Position numbers and translations under genes: made by a program. From positions 25,862-89,861 of the forward strand of contig CACMIP010000004.1 in assembly GCA_902613795.1 (NCBI GenBank): a stretch of DNA of 64,000 nucleotides, in the 5' to 3' direction. The notes beneath the pieces were generated by a model. The model did no database searches. It was not told where the DNA came from and saw only the letters and a list, made by a program, of their open reading frames with translations. Source of the stretch: an uncultured OCS116 cluster bacterium. Lineage in GTDB: Bacteria > Pseudomonadota > Alphaproteobacteria > Rhizobiales > TMED25. Every line of letters begins with the position of its first letter. Position 1 is the stretch's first letter. Positions 52,601 to 62,254 of the stretch are shown piece by piece.

Positions 52601-52720
52601 GTATAATCTTTAATAGGCTTTATCACAGTTTTATGTATGGATTATCCTAGCTTGTTTTATAAAAATCATCCATATGTATTTCATAATAGTTACGAAATAA
52701 ATGAATTGGACCCATGATAG

Positions 52721-53953
52721 ATGAATAGATTTTCTAAAAGTACATTACTTAATATAAATCTGCTAAAGTTTATAAGTCTTACATGGTTTAGTCATTTCGC
52801 GCTCAAAATAATAACTTTAACAGTCGGCTGGCAAATATATATACAGACGGGAAGTCCACTTGCTTTAGGGCTCATTGGACTTATCCAATTTGCACCACAA
52901 TTTTTTTTGATTTTACCTGCAGGTGTTATTGCTGATAAATACAACAGGAGGCATATACTCATAATATGTAACATAGTTCAGGTTTTTGTTGCTGGGTTTC
53001 TTTTATATTATTCTGTTTACAAATTAGATGATGGCTCAGTTATTCCAATTTATTTAATCTTAATATTACATGGAGTTGCAATGTCGTTTGAAGGCCCGAG
53101 TAGCTTTGCCATTCTACCAAATTTAGTCAAGTCTGAAATTTTCCCGAGAGCTGTACATTATGTTAATTTTTTTGAAGAGTTTGGCTCATTATCTGGCCCA
53201 ATCGCTGCTGGGATATTAATTGCATACATTAATGAGTGGGTTTATTTGGTGGCTTTAATTAGCTTCATAGTTTCCACATTAAGCGCGATATCACTTCCAG
53301 ATATTGGGAGTGGGTCTGGAGAGATCAAGCAGATAAATGTAAAGGTTTTGCTCAGTGGGTTTGTTTATGTTTGGAAAACAAAAATAGTGCTTGGAACAAT
53401 GACGATAGATATTGTTGCAATGTTGTTTAGCAGTGTTATGGGTATGTTACCCATATTTGCTATTGATATTTTGGATATTGGCTCTGAGGGCCTTGGAATA
53501 CTGAGAGCAACACCATCAATCGGCGCATTATTCGCGGCAATGACATTATCCCAATTACCATCATTAAGGTATCCGGGCAGGATGTTAATTTATTCAATTA
53601 TTGTTTTTGGGAGTGCTACAATTACATTTGCTCTATCAACAACCTTATGGATTTCACTTGTTGCACTTTTTATTTATGGGGCATCCGATATGATTAGCAT
53701 GAACATAAGGCAGATAATAGTTCAACTTGTTACACCGAATAATATGAGAGGTAGGGTTATGTCAGTTCACTCTGTTATAACTACTGGGTCAAACGAGTTA
53801 GGAGATTTTAGGGCAGGTTTGTCCGCAAGTATTATTGGCATAGCTCCTGCGATTATGATAGGTGGGATGCTAACAGTTTCTTTTTCAATTATTTGGTGGT
53901 TTTTATTTCCTGGTTTGAAGGAGGTAAAAGATATGAAGGATCTTAATAATTGA
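52721..53953 (+). CDS. MFS transporter (EntS/DHA3-like)
   Basis: About 12 TM; G..ADKYNRR motif A, GWQIY..TGS, MRGRV.S, SNELG.F.AG. Confidence 0.9.
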   Translation: MNRFSKSTLLNINLLKFISLTWFSHFALKIITLTVGWQIYIQTGSPLALGLIGLIQFAPQFFLILPAGVIADKYNRRHILIICNIVQVFVAGFLLYYSVYKLDDGSVIPIYLILILHGVAMSFEGPSSFAILPNLVKSEIFPRAVHYVNFFEEFGSLSGPIAAGILIAYINEWVYLVALISFIVSTLSAISLPDIGSGSGEIKQINVKVLLSGFVYVWKTKIVLGTMTIDIVAMLFSSVMGMLPIFAIDILDIGSEGLGILRATPSIGALFAAMTLSQLPSLRYPGRMLIYSIIVFGSATITFALSTTLWISLVALFIYGASDMISMNIRQIIVQLVTPNNMRGRVMSVHSVITTGSNELGDFRAGLSASIIGIAPAIMIGGMLTVSFSIIWWFLFPGLKEVKDMKDLNN

Positions 53954-54003
53954 ACTTACAGATTGTTATACTACTATATATTAAAGATTAGGATATTTAT
54001 AAG

Positions 54004-54333
54004 ATGCACTGGTTATATTTATTTTTAGCGGTAATTGCAGAGACGCTTGGGACTACATTTTTAAAAATGTCCAATGGCTTTACGCAACTCTTTCCATCTA
54101 TCTTAGCTATAGCTCTTTTTTGTTTAGCTCTTTTCTTATCTGCAATTACTTTAAAATATCTAGCGGTTGGTATTGTTTATGCAATATGGTCTGGAGTGGG
54201 GATAGTATTAGTTACTCTTGTTGGTTACTTTTATTTTAAACAAAATCTGGATATAGCTGCCTTAATAGGCATTGGACTTATAACCTTAGGTGTCTTGATA
54301 ATATTCACTATGTCCAGGACTCAATCAGGGTGA
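54004..54333 (+). CDS. SMR family efflux transporter (EmrE/Qac-like)
   Basis: Membrane Glu in AETLGT, K.S.GFT, YAIWSG.G. Confidence 0.92.
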   Translation: MHWLYLFLAVIAETLGTTFLKMSNGFTQLFPSILAIALFCLALFLSAITLKYLAVGIVYAIWSGVGIVLVTLVGYFYFKQNLDIAALIGIGLITLGVLIIFTMSRTQSG

Positions 54334-54350
54334 TTACGAATAGGTAATAA

Positions 54351-54653
54351 TTAGACTGCTAGCCATTTTTTTATATTATTTATAGTCTTCAGTAACTCTA
54401 CTTTTCTCAGATAAGGATCCTTTATTCCAAGTTTTTCTTCGAATGATTTTGCAAATATATGACCTTTTTCTAAGTTATTTCTTATGTAGTATAAAACCCC
54501 TTGCAGATCCTCCTCTCCTATCTCATTTGAGAAGCAAGACTCTTGTATATTATTCATTTTTCTTAAGAAGGTTTTTTTTTCATGATCTTCTAAACTTTTC
54601 TCAGACCAATCACCTCCGAAAGCAACATTTTTTAATTGTTTTTTTTTCTCCAT
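54351..54653 (-). CDS. hypothetical 100-aa protein divergent from the Y-family polymerase
   Basis: Open frame with VAFGGDWS motif; ATG at 54653, adjacent to the LexA box. Confidence 0.6.
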   Translation of the reverse strand: MEKKKQLKNVAFGGDWSEKSLEDHEKKTFLRKMNNIQESCFSNEIGEEDLQGVLYYIRNNLEKGHIFAKSFEEKLGIKDPYLRKVELLKTINNIKKWLAV

Positions 54654-54659
54654 AGTATA

Positions 54660-54674
54660 GAACAAAATAAGAAC
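54660..54674. promoter_or_regulatory. alphaproteobacterial LexA (SOS) box
   Basis: GAAC-AAAATAA-GAAC matches GAAC-N7-GAAC, in the 53-bp gap upstream of a Y-family polymerase. Confidence 0.82.
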
Positions 54675-54706
54675 AAAAATAAAAAAAATAAAGAAAAAAA
54701 TTATAA

Positions 54707-55909
54707 ATGACGAACTTTAGAACCTTATATATTGATATGGATAGTTTTTTTGCAAGTATTGAACAGCAATTAGATCCCAATTTACGAAATAAGCCTGTAG
54801 CGATAGCGGCCATAGATAACGATTCGGGATGTGTGGTAGCCGCTAGTTATGAGGCGAAGGCGTATGGTATAAAAACAGGGACCAGAGTTTATGAGGCTAA
54901 GACTTTGTGTCCAACTATTAATTTTAGGCAGAGCAGGCACAAGCTATATGCAAAGTATAATAGATATATTTCATATTTACTGGATAGCGTAGCTGAGTTG
55001 GAAAGTGTTAGATCCATTGATGAGTTTCAAATATATCTAGGTAACAATCATTCTAAACTTTCAAAAGCGGTAGATTTATCAATGAAGATAAAGGGTCTTA
55101 TTAGGAAAGAGGTTGGGGAAGAAATAAGACTGTCAATAGGTATCGGACCAAATCCTTTATTGGCCAAGATCGCAGGTAAGATAAAAAAGCCAAATGGATT
55201 GCAGTGGTTATGTAAAGAGAACATGCCTGGAAAGATCAACCATTTATCTTTGGAAGATCTTCCTGGAATTTCCAAGGGTATTAAAAGGAGGCTTTTAGGA
55301 GCAAGAATATACTCTATTAAAGATTTGCATGAAATGGATCCACGTCACGCTAGGTTGGTTTGGAGATCCATAGAGGGCGAGCGATTTGTAAGGGCTCTGA
55401 AAGGTGAGAATATTCCTATTAATAGGTCTAATAGAGGCAGCTACGGTAATTCAAAGGTTCTTTCACCGGAGAACCGCTCTCCGAATAGAGCTTACCTCGT
55501 AGGCAGGTGGCTATTAGAAAAATCCACTGAACGAATTAGAAAGTATAATTATTGCTCAAGCCGTCTAGATATCTTTATTAGATTAAATGATATTGGCGTT
55601 TGGCAGGACTCTATAACTTTTTCCTTCTCTCAAGATACATTATTTTTCCTGAAAGAATTTAAAGGACTATGGGATAAAATGATTTTAGCACTAGACCCTA
55701 AAAAAGTAGACTTTGTTGGTGTTAGACTCAGTGGATTAATTTATTTACAAGATAGGTCAGGTGAATTCTTATTAAATTTATATCCAGGTGAAAAAAATAT
55801 TAGAGAAAAATTATCTACATCTATTGATAATTTAAATATGCGTTACGGAAAGAGGATAATAAATTTTGGGGTTCATAGAGAGCACCCTGGGTTTTTTGAA
55901 AGGGAGTAG
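54707..55909 (+). CDS. Y-family translesion DNA polymerase (DinB/UmuC-like), catalytic residues intact
   Basis: YIDMDSFFASIEQ, AASYEAK.YGIKTG, SIDE, SIGIGPN.LLAK.A...KPNG. Confidence 0.92.
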   Translation: MTNFRTLYIDMDSFFASIEQQLDPNLRNKPVAIAAIDNDSGCVVAASYEAKAYGIKTGTRVYEAKTLCPTINFRQSRHKLYAKYNRYISYLLDSVAELESVRSIDEFQIYLGNNHSKLSKAVDLSMKIKGLIRKEVGEEIRLSIGIGPNPLLAKIAGKIKKPNGLQWLCKENMPGKINHLSLEDLPGISKGIKRRLLGARIYSIKDLHEMDPRHARLVWRSIEGERFVRALKGENIPINRSNRGSYGNSKVLSPENRSPNRAYLVGRWLLEKSTERIRKYNYCSSRLDIFIRLNDIGVWQDSITFSFSQDTLFFLKEFKGLWDKMILALDPKKVDFVGVRLSGLIYLQDRSGEFLLNLYPGEKNIREKLSTSIDNLNMRYGKRIINFGVHREHPGFFERE

Positions 55910-55937
55910 CCTCCTTAAAAATATCTCTTGTATGATA

Positions 55938-56384
55938 TTATTTATTAGTTACGTATGACCTGAGACTCGATAAAAACTTCTTTTTTGTGTCAAGTTCAAT
56001 TTCTTTTATGAAAATATTTTCTAAATCTTTCACATTCTGCTGGAGTCTTCGTAGCGTACTCCTACCTTTTGAGGTAATACTTAGCTGTTTATGCCTTTTA
56101 TCACCCTCTTTATGTTGACTTGATATATAATTCTTACTTTCCAGCTTTTCTATGATCTTACTGAGTGTTGACCGATCTATATTGATAGATTCTACAATTT
56201 CATTTTGATTAGATCCTGGCTGGAAATCGATTGTTTGAAGTACGATAAATTGCCTTGGCGTTATATCATATTTCAAAAAAAGATTTTTTTGTTCGATATC
56301 CATTTTTTGCTTTACTTGGTGGAATAAGAGAAATATTGACCCTTTTGGATTTTTAGCATTTGGGGACTTTTTTCTAACAGGCAT
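55938..56384 (-). CDS. MarR family transcriptional regulator
   Basis: ITPRQF.VL, IDRSTLS, DKR...L.IT.KG. Confidence 0.9.
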   Translation of the reverse strand: MPVRKKSPNAKNPKGSIFLLFHQVKQKMDIEQKNLFLKYDITPRQFIVLQTIDFQPGSNQNEIVESINIDRSTLSKIIEKLESKNYISSQHKEGDKRHKQLSITSKGRSTLRRLQQNVKDLENIFIKEIELDTKKKFLSSLRSYVTNK

Positions 56385-56386
56385 TT

Positions 56387-57310
56387 TTATTTATCAAGTC
56401 CAACGATTAGTCGCGAAAAATCTTTTATATTAAAGTCACTTAAATCTTCTATACTTTCCCCGACACCAATGAAGTGAATTGGGATTTTTAATTCTTGTGA
56501 AATTGATACCACGTACCCAGCTTTTGCAGAACCATCTAGCTTTGTAACAATAAGTCCTGTAATTCTTGCTATTTCATTAAAGACTTTAGCTTGCTGAATC
56601 GCATTCTGGCCTGCAGTTGCATCTAATGTAAGCAATATTGAATGTGGAGCTTGTGGCTCGTATTTTTTTATGACCCTTATTATTTTGGCAAGCTCATCCA
56701 TGAGCTCACTTCTGTTTTGAAGTCTACCTGCAGTATCAATGATCGCGGCATCATAATTATTTTCTGTAGCTATTTTTATTGTCTCAAAAGCAACACTAGC
56801 GGCATCTTTTGTTTCTGGTAAGCTTACAATATCGAGGTTTAATTTTTTAGCCCACACTTCCAACTGCTGAGTGGCCGCTGCTCTAAATGTATCGGCTGCA
56901 CCAAGAATAACCCTTGCCCCATTATTTTTCATTAGATATGCAAGCTTCGCAATTGTCGTTGTTTTTCCAGATCCATTAACTCCAACAACAATTATCGTTC
57001 GAGGTGATTTAGATTTTTCTGTATCTAACGGAGAATATGATCCCTCGAGCTTTAACTCAATTTGGTGTGCTATGAAGTTTTTTATCTCATCTGTCTCAAC
57101 GTCTTTATTAAATTTTTCTTTTTTTAAATTTTCAATTATTGAAACAGAGTTATCTACACCCAAATCAGCTTTTATAAGAAGATCCTCGAGTTCTTGAAGA
57201 GTTTCATCATCTAACCTCCGTGATGATATTATATTTGTGATACCCTCTGAGATTACTGTTGAAGATTTGGTAAGACTACTTTTTAATTTTTGGAACCAAG
57301 TATTTTTCAT
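56387..57310 (-). CDS. ftsY: SRP receptor FtsY
   Basis: GVNGSGKTTTIAKLA, DTFRAAA, DTAGRL, TKLDGSAK. Confidence 0.97.
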   Translation of the reverse strand: MKNTWFQKLKSSLTKSSTVISEGITNIISSRRLDDETLQELEDLLIKADLGVDNSVSIIENLKKEKFNKDVETDEIKNFIAHQIELKLEGSYSPLDTEKSKSPRTIIVVGVNGSGKTTTIAKLAYLMKNNGARVILGAADTFRAAATQQLEVWAKKLNLDIVSLPETKDAASVAFETIKIATENNYDAAIIDTAGRLQNRSELMDELAKIIRVIKKYEPQAPHSILLTLDATAGQNAIQQAKVFNEIARITGLIVTKLDGSAKAGYVVSISQELKIPIHFIGVGESIEDLSDFNIKDFSRLIVGLDK

Positions 57311-57330
57311 TTCCAATTATCTGTATTTAA

Positions 57331-58569
57331 TTATGCAATTAGTTGATCCTTTGAAATACCTATAATCTTTTTTTTTATTATTTCACCCGGATTACTCACT
57401 TCATTAACTATAACCTTTGAGTATTGCTCAGTACGCCCAAATCCCTGTTTTTCAATCAGTATGGTTTTTTCCTTACCAATTTCTCTCATTAGGAATAGGT
57501 TCATTTTTTGCATGCCGAGCGTTCTTAAATCTTTTGCGCGACTCTGAATGATATTTTTTTCGACTTGCGGCATTTTTGATGCCGGTGTTCCAGTTTTTGA
57601 TGAAAAAGGAAATACATGCAGATATGTTATATCACAGTCATTAATATGCTGCATTGTACTCCTATGCATGTCATCTGTTTCTGTTGGGAATCCAGCGATC
57701 ATGTCAGCTCCAAACACTGTATTTGGCCTTATTTTTTGGATCCTTTCGCAAAATTTGATTGCATCTGATGTTTGATGTCTGCGAAGCATTCTTTTTAAAA
57801 TTAGGTCGTTACCGGACTGAAGAGATAAATGCAAGTGAGGCATTATTACTTCTTCACTTGAGAATACTTCGAGAAAGTCATCATCAATTTCTATTGAGTC
57901 AATTGAAGAAATTCTGAGTCTTTTTAGGTTATTTGTCTTTTTAATTATATTCTTTATAAGTACTCCAAGGTTAGTTCCCTCATTAAGATCTTTTCCATAA
58001 GAAGTAATATCAACTCCAGTCAATATTATCTCCTGATAACCCTTATCAATCAGTGTCTGAATTTGTTTTATTATGTGACTTTCATCTAGTGACCTTGAAT
58101 CACCTCTTGCATGGGGAATTATGCAAAATGTACATCTATGGTCACACCCATTTTGTATTTGGACAAAGGCTCTCGTTCTATTGTCAAAGTTATTTATGAA
58201 AGGTGGATCTTCGTGCGTAAGCTCAATAACTTCATTATCTGCATCATTAATTTGTGCGAGGTTCATAAATGTACTTGATTTGGTTTTATCGTCATTACCA
58301 ATGACAATATCGACCTCTGGCATATCAATGAATTCTGATGGATAGAGTTCGGCGGCGCAGCCAGTTACAACAATCTTATTCGTTGGGTTATTTCTCTTTT
58401 CTTTTCTAATAGCTCTTCTTGACTGCTTAACAGCTTCGTTTGTTACAGCACAACTATTGATAAAACTATGGTTAGTCAAAAAATAACCCTCAGCCTTTTC
58501 CTTCATGACTTGTGTTTCAAAAGCATTAAGTTTGCAGCCAAATGTTATAAAATTTAAATTATTACTCAT
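57331..58569 (-). CDS. mtaB: tRNA t6A37 methylthiotransferase MtaB
   Basis: TFGCKLN, NSCAVT, QNGCDHRCTFC, HVFPFS; between dapF and ftsY. Confidence 0.93.
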   Translation of the reverse strand: MSNNLNFITFGCKLNAFETQVMKEKAEGYFLTNHSFINSCAVTNEAVKQSRRAIRKEKRNNPTNKIVVTGCAAELYPSEFIDMPEVDIVIGNDDKTKSSTFMNLAQINDADNEVIELTHEDPPFINNFDNRTRAFVQIQNGCDHRCTFCIIPHARGDSRSLDESHIIKQIQTLIDKGYQEIILTGVDITSYGKDLNEGTNLGVLIKNIIKKTNNLKRLRISSIDSIEIDDDFLEVFSSEEVIMPHLHLSLQSGNDLILKRMLRRHQTSDAIKFCERIQKIRPNTVFGADMIAGFPTETDDMHRSTMQHINDCDITYLHVFPFSSKTGTPASKMPQVEKNIIQSRAKDLRTLGMQKMNLFLMREIGKEKTILIEKQGFGRTEQYSKVIVNEVSNPGEIIKKKIIGISKDQLIA

Positions 58570-59413
58570 CAGTTTCTTCCATTGTCATTGAACTTGAATA
58601 TTCAAGTTCAACCGGCCCAGTTTTATGAATATTACCTTCGGGGTCAATAATTATTTCTAATATACCTCCTGGTAAACTTATGTTCAAATTATTACTTGCA
58701 AGTCCTAATTTCATTGCTGAGTATGCAGCCGCGCATGCGGCGGTGCCACAGGCTCTTGTTATTCCTGCGCCTCTTTCCCATACCGCTAACTTTATATTAT
58801 TTTTATCAACTATTTCGGCGAAACTAACATTTATCTTTTCTGGGAAAATTTTATGATTCTCAACCAACGGACCTATTACCTCTGGTTTGATATTGTTTAT
58901 GCTATCAAGCCAAAATATGATGTGAGGGTTACCAACATTTATTACGCTCGTATATTTTACCTTTTTCAGATCTTGAAACTCAAAATTGTAATTGAAGTTT
59001 AATGTGTCATCCATATCAAGTGATATAGGAATATTCTTCCCATTAGTATTTGCTTTACCCATATTTACGATAACGCCGCCATTATCCATTTTCTTGCAGA
59101 GATGGGTACAATTTTCTGATCTCAGTTCAACATACTCAACACCTATTTCATCAAAGATTAACTTTGCAACACACCTTGATGCGTTTCCGCATGCTTCTGC
59201 TTTACTGCCATCTTTATTCCATATATTTAAATTTAGGCAATGCCCAACTCTTTTTTCAATTGTAATCAGTTGATCACAACTCGTTTCGAGGGAATTGGAG
59301 CATATTGAGATGACGATATCAGGTGTATAGGTAAAGTTAATATCTGAATTATCTATTATAATGAACTCGTTACCCGCACCGTTCATTTTATGATATTTTA
59401 TATTTTCTATCAT
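58562..59413 (-). CDS. dapF: diaminopimelate epimerase
   Basis: KMNGAGN, ACGNASRC, GNPH, WERGAGIT.ACGT. Confidence 0.96.
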   Translation of the reverse strand: MIENIKYHKMNGAGNEFIIIDNSDINFTYTPDIVISICSNSLETSCDQLITIEKRVGHCLNLNIWNKDGSKAEACGNASRCVAKLIFDEIGVEYVELRSENCTHLCKKMDNGGVIVNMGKANTNGKNIPISLDMDDTLNFNYNFEFQDLKKVKYTSVINVGNPHIIFWLDSINNIKPEVIGPLVENHKIFPEKINVSFAEIVDKNNIKLAVWERGAGITRACGTAACAAAYSAMKLGLASNNLNISLPGGILEIIIDPEGNIHKTGPVELEYSSSMTMEETDE

Positions 59414-59415
59414 CC

Positions 59416-60534
59416 TTACCCTATAAACTCTTTTACCTTTCCTGAAACATAGTAAACTTGATCTTCACTCATGTACGGATGTAAGGGGAGACTTAAAACT
59501 TCACCACATAACTTTTCACTAACTATTAAGGGATCTCCACTGTGATATTTCTGGTAAGCAGTTTGCTCATGCATACCTTTTGGGTAATATATCATTGTAG
59601 GGATACTATTTTTTGTTAAAAATTCTCTAAGTCCATCCCTGTCTCTTGTTCTTATTGTGTAATGGGCCCAAGCTGACTTTACTTGGTTTGTTGTAATTGG
59701 AGTTTCGACTATATTTTTTAACTCTTGATTGTATATGCGTGAAATACTCTCTCTTCTGCTTAACTCATCATCAAAAATTTTTAGTTTACTCAATATTACC
59801 GCAGCTTGTATTGCGTCAAAACGCGCGTTTGTTCCAATTCGGATATTTTCATAGGGATTATCTGTAATACCGTGTGATCTGATAGATTTAATTTTCATTG
59901 CGATCTCATCATCGTCTGTGAATACGGCCCCTCCATCACCATAACAAGACAGCGGCTTTGTTGGGTAAAAACTTGTAGTGGTGATTGGTGATAATTTTCC
60001 AACTTTTTGACTTCCAATGGAACCTCCAAAAGATTGAGCTGCATCAGATATTAGGTATGAGCCTGAGTTCATGGCAATATCACAAATTGTATTGTAATCA
60101 GCTGGAAGACCAAATAAATCAACAGCAATTATTGCAGAATTTGATAATTCTGACTTTGGATACTGATTTATTTTCGTAATTAAACTCTCACATGATATGT
60201 TATAAGTATCTTCATCCACGTCAACAAATGCAGGTTCCGCACCCAGAAGTGCAATTACTTCAGCTGTTGCCGTGTATGTGAAGGCAGGAATAAAAACTTT
60301 TGACCCTGGGCCAATTCCAAGTGCTAACAAACTGACAAAAAGCGCATCTGTTCCACTGGAAACAGAAATTGTATGCTTTGCATTTGTATAATTTGATAGT
60401 GCTTCCTCAGCTTCTTCAACAACTGGCCCAAGTATAAACTGACCACTTTTTAAAATCGCAGATAAGGACTCATTAACATCACTTTCTATCGCTGAGTATT
60501 GTTTTTTTAGATCTACAAAGTTTATTGGTTCCAT
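59416..60534 (-). CDS. DegT/DnrJ/EryC1/StrS aminotransferase (WbpE/GnnB-like)
   Basis: FVDL..QY, SGTDAL, DAAQSFG, SFYPTKPL.CYGDGG, SLPLHPY. Confidence 0.92.
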   Translation of the reverse strand: MEPINFVDLKKQYSAIESDVNESLSAILKSGQFILGPVVEEAEEALSNYTNAKHTISVSSGTDALFVSLLALGIGPGSKVFIPAFTYTATAEVIALLGAEPAFVDVDEDTYNISCESLITKINQYPKSELSNSAIIAVDLFGLPADYNTICDIAMNSGSYLISDAAQSFGGSIGSQKVGKLSPITTTSFYPTKPLSCYGDGGAVFTDDDEIAMKIKSIRSHGITDNPYENIRIGTNARFDAIQAAVILSKLKIFDDELSRRESISRIYNQELKNIVETPITTNQVKSAWAHYTIRTRDRDGLREFLTKNSIPTMIYYPKGMHEQTAYQKYHSGDPLIVSEKLCGEVLSLPLHPYMSEDQVYYVSGKVKEFIG

Positions 60535-60708
60535 ATTACACTTAACTTCTTATTTCAATTTCGGCTAGTTCAGGCTAAACGCACATACATGCAATATAGT
60601 TATTTTTCTTATTTTATGATAGTAATTGTTAGACTAATAGAACTATTTTAATATATTATTGGATAAATATTTTACAACTGCTTCTGCAGATAAAATTAGA
60701 GGTATTTA

Positions 60709-62208
60709 ATGTTTGATACGCTGTCTGATAGGCTCTCATCTGTATTTTCAAAATTAACAGGAAGAGGCCTACTCACCGAAGGTAATGTTGATGATGCGCT
60801 CAGGGAAGTACGAAGGGCACTTCTAGAAGCAGATGTTGCATTAGAGGTTGTGAAGGACTTTCTTGCGAAAGTTCGTGAAAAGGCAATCGGTGAGGAGGTT
60901 ATAAAGTCAGTATCACCAGGACAAACAGTTATAAAAATTGTGAATGACCAGCTTACTGAACTACTCGGATCAGAAAACGTCGAGCTAAATCTCAGATCAG
61001 GGCCACCTTCAATAATAATGATGGTTGGTCTTCAGGGCTCAGGTAAAACAACAACCTCAGCAAAATTAGCAAATTACATAAGAAATAAGTCAAAATTGAA
61101 GACTTTAATGGCATCGCTTGATGTTACAAGGCCTGCAGCCCAGGAGCAACTTGAGATTTTGGGGGCAGAAAATGCCATAGAGACACTACCGATAATAAAA
61201 GGTCAAAAACCAACCGAAATCACAAAAAGAGCTTGCAAAGAGGCAAAACTGGGAGGTTTTGATGTACTTATTCTCGATACAGCCGGGCGGATGAATGTTG
61301 ATGATGAATTGATGGATGAACTGCAAAGTGTAAACAAAATTGCGGAGGCTCACAACGTTATCCTTGTTGCAGATTCTCTAACTGGACAAGACGCTGTAAA
61401 TGTTGCAGATACATTTTCAAAAAAAATACCTTTGACTGGAGTAATTCTGACAAGGCTCGATGGTGATGCAAGAGGCGGGGCTGCCTTATCAATGAGGCAT
61501 GTGACCGGAAAGCCAATATTATTTGCGGGTATTGGAGAAAAGATTGAAAATCTGGAGGAGTTCTACCCAGATAGAGTTTCAAATAGAATATTGGGAATGG
61601 GCGACGTTGTCTCGCTTGTAGAGAAAGCAAAGGAAACAATTGATGCTGATAAAGCAAATAAGATCGCCAAAAAGATATCGAAAGGCCTATTTGATCTTGA
61701 GGATATGGCACAACAACTCAAGCAGATGTCAAAGATGGGAGGAATCTCAGGAATTCTTGGAATGCTCCCAGGGATAAATAAAGTGAAGAAGCAGATGGCT
61801 GAGTCAAATATTAACGATCAAATAATTAACAGACAGATCGCGATAATCTCATCAATGACTCCAAAAGAAAAACGAAATCCAAAAATATTAAACGCATCAA
61901 GAAAAAGAAGGATTGCGATGGGATCTGGCACAGAGGTCTCTGAAATTAATAAACTGATTAAGCTATACAGGCAGACATCTGATATGATGAAAAAATTCGG
62001 CAAAAAAGGTATGTTAGATCAAGATCTCGGAGTACAAGACATAGATAAGTCTGAGATAGATAAATTAAATGATAGTAAATTAAGTGAAAAAATGCTATCT
62101 GATTTGCAAAACGGTTCTGCGGGATCAAAATTACCTGGATTACCTGGATTACCTAGTTCCCAAAATAAATTATCAAATTTATTAAATATAACTGGACGAA
62201 AAAAGTGA
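60709..62208 (+). CDS. ffh: signal recognition particle protein
   Basis: MFDTLSDRL, GLQGSGKTT, DTAGR, DGDARGGAALS, Met-rich M domain. Confidence 0.98.
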   Translation: MFDTLSDRLSSVFSKLTGRGLLTEGNVDDALREVRRALLEADVALEVVKDFLAKVREKAIGEEVIKSVSPGQTVIKIVNDQLTELLGSENVELNLRSGPPSIIMMVGLQGSGKTTTSAKLANYIRNKSKLKTLMASLDVTRPAAQEQLEILGAENAIETLPIIKGQKPTEITKRACKEAKLGGFDVLILDTAGRMNVDDELMDELQSVNKIAEAHNVILVADSLTGQDAVNVADTFSKKIPLTGVILTRLDGDARGGAALSMRHVTGKPILFAGIGEKIENLEEFYPDRVSNRILGMGDVVSLVEKAKETIDADKANKIAKKISKGLFDLEDMAQQLKQMSKMGGISGILGMLPGINKVKKQMAESNINDQIINRQIAIISSMTPKEKRNPKILNASRKRRIAMGSGTEVSEINKLIKLYRQTSDMMKKFGKKGMLDQDLGVQDIDKSEIDKLNDSKLSEKMLSDLQNGSAGSKLPGLPGLPSSQNKLSNLLNITGRKK

Positions 62209-62254
62209 TTATGGTTATGTATAGGTGGAATTTTTTTAAAATGAAGGAATTGTG

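Noticed and set aside
62131-62154. 9-bp tandem repeat ttacctgga in ffh
   Set aside because: In-frame LPG repeats typical of the low-complexity C-terminus of alphaproteobacterial Ffh.
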